Below are positions 15,215 through 26,938 of a stretch of 64,000 nt of DNA, piece by piece; the first letter of the stretch is position 1, and each line of letters starts with the position of its first letter. Source of the stretch: Octopus vulgaris (taxonomy: Eukaryota); NCBI GenBank assembly GCA_951406725.2, contig OX597821.1, positions 23,250,001 to 23,314,000 on the forward strand, given 5' to 3'. The position numbers were made by a program, and so were the translations under genes. The notes below the pieces were generated by a model that was given only the letters and a program-made list of their open reading frames with translations, had not been told where the DNA came from and did no database searches.

Positions 15215-15420
15215 ATGTGACCGCGTGTGTATCGTTGGCGATTTTCTTTCTCCGTCTTCTCTTCCTTGGACCTTTCCTTTTTATATGTTTCTGACGAAGA
15301 GCTCCGCTCGAAACGTTAACTCCTCCTTCTTTCTTTCCTTTCCTGAGCATCCAATAACACTATACTTGTTCCACGTCCTCGCGTTGTTGTGTTTTGCCTT
15401 TGTTCATGTTTGGATTAACT
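15215..15420 (+). mobile_element. About 205-bp hammerhead-bearing PLE terminal-repeat-like element ending at (TA)n
   Basis: Hammerhead at 15287-15320; second copy 33275-33482 (-); 3' fragment 8622-8697. Confidence 0.75.
15287..15320 (+). ncRNA. Minimal hammerhead ribozyme
   Basis: GTTT-CTGACGA-A-GAGC tcc GCTC-GAAAC-GTT-AAC. Confidence 0.72.
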
Positions 15421-15829
15421 ATATATATATACATACATACGTACATACATACACACACACACAAACACACACACACACACACACACACACATGCACCCCC
15501 CATATATATATATATATATATATACGTATGTATGTATAAACGCGTGTGTGAGTGACGGTACTTGGCCGACTGGTTACAGTGTTTGGCTCAGGATCATAAG
15601 GGTGTGCACTTGACATCCGGACCGAGCGCTGCGCTATCTTTCAGGAATATACTTCATTTTACATTGCTCCAATCTACTCGGCTGAAATGAGTTTCAGCCT
15701 AGCGTTGGCGAATCGATCTTTCAACCCAACAGTCACGTCCTCGTTATTCCGCTGAGTCAATGGTGAGAAGACCGAGAGACTTCCTACGTAATCGCGAGCA
15801 CACACAGGCACCTAATAGTAGGTGACCGT

Positions 15830-16070
15830 TACAGGACTTCTATCATTTAGTTTTGCAGTTGTTAAATGAATCCCGGCGTACGGACACAGTCAGTACATCT
15901 ACTGTCTCCCTTCATGCTGGCCACGGCTTCACAGTCTCCGTTGCAGCTGTCCATATCATGTCTTACAGTTTTTACAGTGTTGATAGAGCATTGGGTGGCA
16001 TTCATAATGTCGGTATTTCGATATTCGGCGCGAATCATCATGGTACAGGTACCTTTTTCCAAAATTCAGA
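15830..16070 (-). pseudogene. Tc1/mariner-type transposase N-terminal HTH relic
   Basis: MMIRAEYRNTDIMNATQCSINTVKTVR...VRTPGFI. Confidence 0.5.
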
Positions 16071-16076
16071 CGGTTT

Positions 16077-16292
16077 CAGGTAGTGAGCTAGCAGAATCGT
16101 TAGCACGCCGGGCAAAATGCTTAGCGGCATTCCGTCCGTCTTTACGTTCTGAGTTCAAATTCTACCGAGATCGACTTTGCCTTTTATCCTTTTGGAGTGG
16201 ATAAAATAAGTACCAGTAGGATACAGGAGTAGATGTAATCGACTTAGCTCCTCTCCCGAAGTTGCTGGCATTGTGCCAAAATTTGAAACCAG
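16077..16292 (+). mobile_element. SINE family B
   Basis: Head, core and GTGCCAAAATTTGAAACC tail. Confidence 0.85.
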
Positions 16293-16449
16293 TATTCAAG
16301 CGGTTTTCAATCCTCTACGTCACCTAAATTGCTTCTCAACTACAGGACTAATCGTTATGTTCTCTAACGCGGTCGACTTTTCCCCAAATACATTAAACAG
16401 TTTCTGGAAAAGCTGACATAAAAATTTTGATTTAGCCCGAACATCCTGT

Positions 16450-16472
16450 GCATACATACATACATACATACA

Positions 16473-16506
<34 letters not shown>

Positions 16507-16802
16507 CATACGTACATACATACATACATACACGCACACATACATACATACACAAATACATACATACATGCACACATGCATACATACATGCACACATACA
16601 TACACACATGCATACATACATACACGCATGCATACAATCATACATACATACATACATACATACATACATGCACACATACATACATACATACATGCATACA
16701 TACATACACACATGGATACATACATACATACATACATACATACATACATACATACATACATACATACATACAGACATACATACACACATACATACATACG
16801 TA
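16450..16802. repeat. (CATA)n microsatellite
   Basis: Direct reading. Confidence 0.95.
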
Positions 16803-17320
16803 CATCATGAGGCATGATACGGTGACAAGAACGGTCTGGAACAGGATAACAAAAACAGAATGCCTACGAACGAAGCTGACCATATTGAAATCAATGGGTC
16901 AAAAGAATACTGGTAGAGCTATAAAATTAAAACGGCCACCAAGTTAAAACACAACCGGCCTGATATTGTCGTTTAGGAAAATACATGTTCCGTTGTGGTA
17001 ATCAGCTGCCCTCGGGACACAAATGTGATAAGAAAAATACAAAAGAGGACATCTATGGACCATTGATAATGAGTTTGCAAATCCAGTAGCCAAGATACAC
17101 TTTCAGCTTCGTAACTCTTATCATTGGAGCAACAGAATACGTAGCAACCCGTCTGGAGCAAAGTATGGCTGAACTTGGGATCTTGAGGAGAGAATGCAAA
17201 TTCTTATTCATAAGCTACAAATGATCGCGATATCTGGCACTATAAAAATCTACTAGACCTGACGGTTAAATCATGATTCTTTACTTCACAACCTTGCTAC
17301 CGAGTTGGGGGCCGGTTAAA
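16803..17320 (+). mobile_element. R4/Dong-like RLE non-LTR retrotransposon 3' fragment
   Basis: YIMRHD...HNRPDIVV...VISCP.D.N...IIGA...ISGTIKI across frameshifts. Confidence 0.75.
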
Positions 17321-17463
17321 ATTTACTCTAAATTAAAAAGAGAAAGAAAGAGAAGCTACACATATATACATGTGAGTGTGTGTATGTGTGTGCATGTGTG
17401 CGTATGTGTGTGTGTGTGTGTGCGTGTATAAGGCAAGATCCATCGCATCGGTCTCTTTTAATT

Positions 17464-17845
17464 GGGGAAGCACTCCGTCGGTTACGACGACGAGGGATCC
17501 GGTTGATCCGATCAACGGAACAGCCTGCTCGTGAAATTAACGTGTAAGTGGCTGAGCACTCCACAGACACGTGTACTCTTAACGTAGTTCTCGGGGATAT
17601 TCAGCGTGACACAGAGAGTGACAAGGCCGGCCCTTTGAAATACAGGTACAACAGAAACAGGAAGTAAGAGTGAGAGAAAGTTGTGGTGAAAGAGTACAGC
17701 AGGGATCACCACCATCCCCTGCCGGAGCCTCGTGGAGCTTTAGGTGTTTTCGTTCAATAAACACTCACAACGTCCGGTCTGGGAATCGAAACCGCGATCC
17801 TACGACCGCGAGTCTGCTGCCCTAACCACTGGGCCATTGCGCCTC
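17464..17845 (-). mobile_element. tRNA-derived SINE family C, full length
   Basis: 11-bp TSD CTCTTTTAATT (17453-17463 and 17846-17856); head with TCG anticodon-like loop; tail CGTAACCGACGGAGTGCTTCC. Confidence 0.92.
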
Positions 17846-18558
17846 CTCTTTTAATTAATGCGTTAATGAGTAACAGACAAATGTAACATGTCATTTAATA
17901 GGTCATATATGCGTTCCTTGCGCAAATGCCTTTTAGCAAATGTCTTCTGTGTTTTTTTTAAAAATTTGGCTTTAATAACATCCTCGATCTACGTTCCGCA
18001 CTAAAGTAGGACACACTTGGCCTGCCTGCCTGCCTGCGTGTACGTTAATGCGCATGCGAGCGTGTTTATAAACGTCTTTATCGCCGTTATTACACACACA
18101 TACAGGCATTGTTAGACAAGCAGAGTTGACCATGAGTGGGGGGAGTGAGCCTTTAGGGTGGAGACGTGCTTCTGTTGGTGTTAATCTGTAATCTGTTTTT
18201 AAAAAATCTCTCCCACGTGATCATAGCGAATTTTGGACAATAGATTAAAGATTTTTATCACATTTGTAGTTCATAGATTATTTTGTGAGGAGAGAGAGTG
18301 AGAGGGAGAAAAGGAAAGAGAGATAGAGAGAGAACAAAAATGCCTGAGCATATACGAAATATACGTTTTATTTTTCACCGGTGATCCATACAAGATAAAT
18401 TATATATGTGCGTGTGTCTCTGTATGTATATGTGTGTGTATAATAGGTATATATATAATGTGTGTGTATATGTGTGTGTATAATATGTGTGTGTATAATA
18501 ATATATATATATGTGTGCGTATGTGTGTGTATAATAGGTATATATATATATATATACA

Positions 18559-18612
<54 letters not shown>

Positions 18613-18699
18613 CTCTCTCTCTCTCTCTCTCTCTAAATAAATGAATGACACTATATTATACTCTCATGATAACTAAATTACGAATTTAAGAACCATCTC

Positions 18700-19575
18700 C
18701 AGGAGTTGGTTCTTAAATCAGCATTTTTGACTATCATGAGTGGACGCCGACGAGAACGAACCGACTAGTCTGTTCCGGAGGGCTTTCCGGTCGGGAACTA
18801 ACATAGATAATTTACAGATGTCATTGGCCTGGCGGTGCTACCGGGGTGCAAGATAAACTCTACAGGCACGGATGTGCTGTCAGATGGGCTTGTCCGGGGT
18901 GCGTGCAGTGATGAAACCGTTCTGCACGCCCTCGTTCAGTGTCCGGGTATTGCTGGCTTATGGGGTTATGTCGAACAGCTGCTGTCATGTGTGGGACGGA
19001 TCCATCTGTCGGCCAAGTCTGTAGTGATGATCGCCCCGCTGCTCTCCTTCAATCGGGCAGGCAAAGCAGTTTTCCTTAAGCTGATGACTGTAGCGAAAGA
19101 TATTATTTATTGGACAAGGCTGAAAGGCATGAGGAAAGACACAGGCAGAGCTCATATTGACTTTTTCAAGTTTCACTTGAAAAGGAAATTGAGAGTGGAG
19201 AGGGAAGTGCTGTCCATGAGTGAGTTTACAGAAAGGTGAGTGAAGGTTTCAAAAATGGCAAGAGTGGATGGTACCTCTCTAAGTGTAGATCTGTAAGTCG
19301 GCGAGAAGGAAGTGGAGAGGAGACTTGCACTTGGAGTTTCAGGAAAATCTCAGACAGTGATGTTCCTCGATTATCCCTAGAAGCTTTCCTGCACCAGGAG
19401 GGCCACATCTCTATCATCCTCCCCACAATATTTTTAAACCTTTGTATGCTATGTATTGTCCTTATTTTTTTTCAGTGTATACCATGTATACTTACCCTTT
19501 TTTTTTATCATTTCATTATATGTAACCCCCCACACTTTATGTCTGTCTTTGTATTGTCCCCCTTGTCTTTCGCCC
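18700..19575 (+). mobile_element. Tx1/L1-type LINE ORF2 3' end (zf-RVT) plus 3' UTR, decayed
   Basis: C..C..DETVLHALVQCP...LW.YV...IYWTR...FFKFHLKRKLRVER; T-rich 3' UTR. Confidence 0.78.
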
Positions 19576-19687
19576 CGACTTTCATCCTTTCGGGGTCGAT
19601 AAACTAAGTACCAATGAAACACTGAAGTCGATGTAATCGACTCATCCCCACCCCCAGGGTTGCTGCCCTTGTGGTAAAATTTGAAAC

Positions 19688-19759
<72 letters not shown>

Positions 19760-19987
19760 TATTATTATTATTCAGGCGGCGAGCTGGCAGAATCGTTAGC
19801 ACGCCGAGCAAAATGCTTAGAAGAATTTCGTCTGCCACTACAGAGTTCAAATTCCGCCGAGATCGACTTTGCCTTTCATCCTTTCAGTGTCGATAAAATA
19901 AGTACCAGTTGTGTACTGGGATTAACAAGGATCTAATCGACTGGCACCCTCTCTCAAATTTCGGGCCTTGTGCCTACAGTAGAAAAG

Positions 19988-20046
<59 letters not shown>

Positions 20047-20257
20047 GGTGTGCTGGCAAAATCATTAGCACGCCATGCGAAATGCTTAGCGGCATTTCGT
20101 CCGTCCTTACATTCTGAGTTCAAATTACGCCGGTGTCGACTTTGCCTTTCATCCTTTTGGGGTCGATGAAATAAGTACCAGTTTGTTAGTGGGGTCGATG
20201 ATTTCGACTAACCCTCTCCCCAACAATTTCAGGCTTCGTGTCTATTGTAGAAAGGAT
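19575..20257 (+). mobile_element. Head-to-tail chain of three SINE B copies separated by (TTA)n
   Basis: Copies about 19575-19690, 19774-19990, 20043-20257. Confidence 0.85.
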
Positions 20258-20444
20258 GATGATGATAACAACAACAACAAGAAAAAGAAGAAAAGAAGAA
20301 GAAGAAGAAGAAGAAGAAGAAGAAGAAGAAGAAGAAGAACCCTACGTTATTACTAAGATATACGAATGTTTTGCTTTTCGTTCGTCATAGATCTTTAAAC
20401 AGCAACACACACACACACACACGCACACATACATGCATACACAA

Positions 20445-20512
<68 letters not shown>

Positions 20513-20838
20513 AGTATGCGTGTACACGCACACACGCATATAGAGAAACTATAAACATTCAAAACGATGACACGAAAGAAACAAATTTAGAGAAATCTAA
20601 TATTGCTTTAACGCTTCAATAAAGAAGATCGCCTTCATGCTCGGAATGTTTTTCGACGTTCTTTTCATTGAAGCGTGAAACTAATACCCTAGTTATTAAA
20701 CTTTGATCTTTCTGTGTTGTCCTTCTTAATGTCTATTGTCTTCGCTCCACATATTTAAGACGTATGCCAACTTCCTATCGATTCGACCTCGGAAGTCCAA
20801 CTTCGAACTCTGCACCGGATTACTGTTCGGAATGCGAC

Positions 20839-20894
<56 letters not shown>

Positions 20895-21244
20895 ATGCAT
20901 ACTCGTATATACATTTCATAATTAAAATGGGAAAATAGAACTCAAGACACTGAATATATATACTTATATAATCGCTAAAAGTTACGAAGTGTCTCAGAGA
21001 CAGAAAGTTTTGTGCACTGACACCAAACTTCGTTAAGTGCCAATGGATGAAACTGTCGACCCCTTGAGTCACTTTGTAGCATCTACTGATCAAATAAAAA
21101 TATGTGCATATACAAACATGCATACATACATACATACGTACGTGCATGCGTGTGTGCGTGAGTGAGTGAGTGAGTGAGTGAGTGAGTGAGTGAGTGAGTG
21201 TGTGTGTGTGTGTAGTTGTTAGTGAGGGATAATTAATACGGGCA

Positions 21245-21326
<82 letters not shown>

Positions 21327-21654
21327 CCGTCTACCAAATTCACTCACAAGGTTTTGGTCACCACCATCAGTGCCACCAAAAGTAATAACGGGAATTATGC
21401 AATAATAATAGCAGCAGTAGCAGCGACAGTGGCCTTAGCGGAAACACCAGTAGAACTACCGCGAATGACATCTCTAGCAGCATTGGAAACTCTGCTACAA
21501 TGACAAGAACAACAGCACTTTCACCATCACTGACAGTGGCAATACCATTACCACCACTTCCACAACCCCCTCCAGCGATACCAACACCAGTAGGCCCAGC
21601 TCCAGCAACAACAGCAGCACCAGCAGATTCAGACACAGCGCCGACAACACATGT

Positions 21655-21985
21655 CCTCGGTGATACAGTGGATGTTCCGGAAACTCTCTCTCAAGCAACA
21701 TGTCTCCAACCACAGGTCCTCTTTCAGAGTTCCGGAAAGGAGATACGTAACATCATTAGCCAGCCACGTATGCCAACTGAGAGACGATGGGATTCCATAC
21801 TCGATCTCATGGAAATTGTCGAGAACGCAGGCCCCTACACCAACAGGACAAAACGATGCAAATTAGGTATAGCTGAACGGGTGAGAATAGCAAAGAACTC
21901 CTTTGAATCAAGGATCATCCTTAACTTCAGAAAGGAGATTTTCGGGCCATGTGTATATTTCAGGAGGTTCCTTCTAGCCTTTTAG
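21655..21985 (+). mobile_element. Second-lineage PLE GIY-YIG C-terminal half, frameshifted
   Basis: YSGCSGN..KQHVSNHRSSFR...TSLASHV.QLRD....ISW.IVENAGPY...TKRCKL...E...LN.R.EI...C; similar to the peptide at 9842-10097. Confidence 0.7.
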
Positions 21986-22289
21986 TTATTTTCCCTTCTA
22001 TATCTTGCGCTGACCGACATGCTATCAAATATATTCCGCTCTTGTGCACCTCCTGCGTCTGTATGTCTGTTCCTCCTTGCTTCTGCGACTCTGCACCATC
22101 ACGTGTCTGTTCTTGCACATCTACTTGCAGCTGCATGTCTGTGTGTTCACCTGTCTGCGGGTCCGCATTTCGCATTGCTTCAGCAGGCTTGGGACGACGG
22201 AAACCTGTCTCCCCGTCGCTGTCGCACATGCTTCTCCATCTCAGCAAAGCTCACCAAACAATGGCGGCGTCATACTCAAAAACGCTGCA

Positions 22290-23173
22290 AAGCCTTCACC
22301 ATCATCACCCAGAATTTACCAATACTTCATAAGGACCACAAATTAAAGGAAATTCTAAACATACACCAAATCATTAAAAGCTACAAACAACCTAATTCAC
22401 TTTAAAAGATTCTCACAAAGGCAAAATTGCTTTCTGAAATTACGGATGCAAAACTAAAAAAATGTGGTAGACCGAACTGTGCAACATGTCCAAACCTGCT
22501 AGAAGGATCAGAATTCCTCTTCAAAGAGGGACAGAAATTCAAGATCAAATCTAATTTTACTTGTGCCTCTGAAAACATAATTTATGTCATAAAATGCTCG
22601 GGCTGCCACCAAGACTACGTGGGATCCACGGGACTATCACTCAGACGTAGATGTACACTGCATCGACAACAGATTGCATTCCCAGAATACAGAATGATAC
22701 CTTTTAGTGAGCACATTGAGAAATGCGCAAAGCAACTACTACCACAAATTTTAATCTTTCCATTTTACCAATGTGCTATCGGAACATCAACACAAACTAG
22801 ACTAAACAAGGAAACATTCTTCATTGAAAAGTACAAGCCCAGACTTAACCATTCCAACATACTTATACAGAGAAATTCACCCCAAAGGAAAGGCAAAAAA
22901 TTTTAAGCGATTATCTCCCTTACACCGGAAGAAATCACTTATTACCTCCCCTTATCTAGAACTCTCTTCAACATAAACATAACGATAACTCTTCTCAACA
23001 TAAACATAACGACGTAAGAAATTTGAAAAGCTAAACGCGAAACCGGTCATTTCTTCTAACTATGTCATTGTAAGAAAAAATTTTTTTAATATTCTTCAGA
23101 CATATTGACTCAAATATATATATTTTTAACCTTTTAAAACAAGCCTTCTGTAGTCTTTTCACTTTTTACTATT

Positions 23174-23178
<5 letters not shown>
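22290..23178 (+). mobile_element. Second, shorter copy of the Neptune-type PLE (GIY-YIG plus 3' UTR)
   Basis: Near-identical to 2749-3625; GIY-YIG ORF 22427-22906; ends at (TA)n. Confidence 0.93.
23016..23055 (+). ncRNA. Minimal hammerhead ribozyme, U3-A8 core variant
   Basis: AAGAAAT-TTGAAAA-GC taaac GC-GAAAC-CG-GTC-ATTTCTT; 7-bp helix I. Confidence 0.78.
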
Positions 23179-23258
<80 letters not shown>

Positions 23259-23476
23259 CATAAATGTGTGTATCTTTGTGTCAGTGTTTGTCTCCCATCA
23301 CCGCCTGATAACCGGTGCTGATGTGTTTACATCCCCGTACAAAGAGACCGATAAAATAAGTACCAAACTTAAAGAAAAAGAAAATTACTGAGGTCGATTC
23401 ATTCGACCAAACGTTCTTGAAAGCGGTGCCCCCACATGGCTACAGTCTGATGACTGAAACAAGTAAAAGGTAAAAG

Positions 23477-23550
<74 letters not shown>

Positions 23551-23551
23551 C

Positions 23552-23614
<63 letters not shown>

Positions 23615-23644
23615 TCAAAATAAAAACACGATTCAAAGGATTTA

Positions 23645-23733
23645 GCGAGTACATATGTTTCGGGCCTTTATTAGACGGTTTTATAACAATGCATAATTGA
23701 TGTAAATGTGTGTCTATGGCCTTCTTCAGCCGC
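23645..23733 (-). ncRNA. Type I hammerhead ribozyme in a (TA)n-flanked insert
   Basis: GCGG-CTGAAGA-AGGCC..TAGAC/GTCTA..GGCCC-GAAAC-ATAT-GTA-CTCGC. Confidence 0.75.
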
Positions 23734-23792
23734 GTACAGTTACTACTTCAAGGACATATATACAGGTGCTTACAACTATCAAGTATTCACTC

Positions 23793-23832
<40 letters not shown>

Positions 23833-24653
23833 TACATATATATATATATACACATATAAAAATACATCTTATGAAAGTATATATTTAATATATGTGAGGC
23901 TGAGCGTATCTGTATGCACGTACATATACACACACACATGCACACAACACACATACACACACCACGCACACAGAACCCATGTGTATATATAAATATGCAT
24001 ACAAATATACAAGCATGTCTAATAATTCAAACTGCTATATTTTTTAAGATGTGGTGTTTATAAAAATTAAGAGTCTTAACGCTGCCGAAGTAGAGTTAGA
24101 TTAACGTAAATTTCTTCTATGTGGAGATTATCTTAATACATCACTCACAGCATGTCAATAAAAGAACTTGTTTACTGAAAGATGAAAACAGACCTATTTA
24201 ACTTTAGAATTATAACACCTGCGTACGTGTATATGTACGTATGTACGTGTGTGTTTTCGTGTATGCATGTGTGTGTACACACCTACACCCCCACACACAT
24301 ATACAAAGACACACACACACACACTTAGACACACATATATACACATACACGCACACGCACGCACGCTCGATCGTACAGCGTCCAAATAAGAAAGCAAAGA
24401 AAGAGTTTAGCACATCTTTAATGACCAGCTACCATTGTTTCTGTTCCACCTTGCTAAAAGTTACATAACACACCAAATACTATGCAACTTTTCAGATAGA
24501 GCTTTGCATACAATGGTGAAAAAACATTGTTGTTTACATTAGAAGTCTTGGAAACGAAACGCCGTATGAAAATCAGTGCTGGTTATAATTTCTATAGAAA
24601 ATTTGTAGAGGCAATGGACGTAGGAGTGGCTGTATGGTAAGTAGCTTGCTTAC

Positions 24654-26839
24654 TTCCGGTTACCTAGAATACAACACTAGTTGGTCTGGACTGTTACAGA
24701 GATACGCCCACTGGAATTTACAAAAATTATTTTCAAGCAAAAATTCTCAATTCACCGTTACGGTGATGAGAACCCACTATTTTGCTCGCTATAATGACCG
24801 GCTACCACATCTGTGAGATATTTTGGGACTCCGTGAATAGAAAAGAGAACAAAAAGAAAATTGTCAATTATGGCTCGCTATAGCGAGCATTATACTGGGT
24901 TCTCATCATCGTAACGGTGAATTGAGAATTTTTGCTTGAAAATTCTTTTTGTAAATTCTAGTGGGCGTATCTCGCCAGAAAAAAGTACAATTTTTCCGAA
25001 CTTCAAGAATAAGCCATTTGGATTACCTTTTAGGAGTAATATACAAAGGATTCCCTGTCTGTGCTATTTGTGAGGTTTTTCTTTTACTTTTCCCTTCTTC
25101 TATTTTTTCTTTCTTTCTAAATTTTGGTTCATTATTTTCATTACTTTAATTTCAGTTTCCTTTCCTCCTCTTTTATTTTGTTTTATTTTTATTCGGTTTG
25201 ATTTTTTGGCAGACTGTCTTTTGAAATACTTTTGAACTGTTTTTTGACATGGCAGAGGAGGAACTTAAAAAGAAAAACTCTGTCTTAGAGTGGGAAATTA
25301 ACCCGCCTAAGCAGTGGTTAAAAGATATGGAGGAGAAGACGATGGTGCTTAGAACTTATTCTAAAGTTCTTAATTCTATCACCGTCTTCCCAAAACAAGT
25401 TATAAAAAATGAACTTAAAGACTATTTGTCCTCTTTAAAATATATATCCCGTGGTGTCAAACATGCAACCGTATGGTTGCTGTTTGACAACGGGGAAAAG
25501 GTTCGCCAGTTTGCGAGTCAGCCTTTAGAAGGCAAGGAAATTCTGCTCCTCCCGTCATATTGCGAGAGGAAATTAATAAGAGCCTGGGTATGTGGGTTGC
25601 CCCAAGGCACCGAAGCGGATTGGATTGAAGATACCATCCGACGGGGACTGGGGGATGGCGAACCCAGGCTCTTAAATGTAAGGGTATTGCCGGCCGTCGA
25701 TTGGGAAGGGTCAAAAGCGATTTTGACCCTGTGGACCCCATCGGCCACAACAGACCTGTTTTTTCCAGATTTCTTGAAAATGGCTGGCTGCAGGTATCCG
25801 GTGATACTTGAGGGACGTCCCCCCAAGTGTCACTCGTGCCTGCAGCCAAGCCACATTAAAAGGAACTGCCCCCAGGGCCATGGTAAGGTCCTGGAACAGT
25901 CACTAGATGCCACCTCCCCTACCCGGTCAAAGGGAGAGGTGGATGTGGTCGAAGAGGCTTTAGCCTCCTCAACTCAAAAAGGATTAAAAAGGAAGAAGGC
26001 GGGCAACAATAGTTGCTCGCCGAAGGAACCTAAGGCTTCGGGAGGCGGGAGAGAGTCTCTGGACAAAGCGGAAGAGCTCCACTCTCCCGAAGTCAGGAAG
26101 AAAAGAAAAAAAGAAGGAAGAAGAACGGGTCATCTCAGCGGGGAGATGATGTGCCGTCTGCATGTCCCGAAGTTGTGCCACCCACGGTGGAAGAAATCAA
26201 CCCCACCCTTAAAGATGATTAATTAATTATCTTTTTCTATAAGGGCGGAGAGGTGGAAAAAATAGTAGAAGAACATAAAGAGACAGTAGATATGCCCTTC
26301 ACACGGGATCCCGAATGGCCTCCGCAGATAGCTGCGGAGGTCATAAGGTTTCCCTTGTGGGAAAGGCTTAAAGGATTTGGGGAGGAGTGTTGTATATGGC
26401 CGGGTGGCCCTTACACGACTTACATGTCCTACATGAGTGAGGCATGGGAAATGGCGGGATACAGGAACTCAAGCGGCATTGAAGATAATGATGAATATAT
26501 CGATAGATATATCGAAGTGTAGGAGGTGAAATGCCCTCGTTATAGGGTTTGAAACCTCATCTTATTGTATTATTTGTAGTGGTTTATAACCTCAATTGTG
26601 TGTTTAAAAAAAACATGTTAAGTAAGAGGTTTTAGTGCCTCCTTCTTGTAAGAGGTTTGAAACCTCATACTGAATTTTTAAAAAAAGAAAATATGTTTTC
26701 GAGAAAAATCCAATCGGCGGGTGTTGGGTTTCGTCTCTCATTTATTCATTCTATTTCATTTTCATTCATTAATGTGTTTGTCCAGCCCGCAAAGCTACAC
26801 ACTCTTTGTACTGTCTATGAGGACAAATTTTATGAAATA
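24654..26839 (+). mobile_element. ORF1-only (RT-less) Tx1/L1-like element inserted in SINE A
   Basis: 15-bp TSD AAGTAGCTTGCTTAC (24639-24653 and 26840-26854); 5' UTR, single gag-like ORF, 3' UTR ending in a stem-loop plus ATGAAATA. Confidence 0.85.
25249..26522 (+). CDS. Tx1/L1-type ORF1 (RRM-like region plus CCHC zinc knuckle); probably one ORF of about 420 aa broken by a frameshift near 26110 and a stop
   Basis: 325-aa ORF with CHSCLQPSHIKRNC (Cx2Cx4Hx4C); ORF 26253-26522 is reached in the alternative frame. Confidence 0.8.
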
Positions 26840-26854
26840 AAGTAGCTTGCTTAC

Positions 26855-26938
26855 GTTAAGCTACTTCACCCTTTTATGTTTGTCTGTCCTTGTATGTCCC
26901 CTCTGTGTAACGCCTTAATGGCGAATTTTCATGAAATA
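26855..26938 (+). mobile_element. Short 5'-truncated 3'-end insertion at the same SINE site
   Basis: Followed by a third TSD copy AAGCAGCTTGCTTAC (26939-26953); ends CGCC ttaat GGCG AATTTTCATGAAAT. Confidence 0.75.

Noticed and set aside
21010-21050. Minus-strand TTGGCACT hairpin resembling a miR-96/263 seed
   Set aside because: Stem is only about 9 bp and the rest does not match the mature miRNAs as I recall them
21500-21985. 161-aa Pro-rich ORF as a host gene
   Set aside because: Its C-terminal part is a frameshifted PLE endonuclease relic
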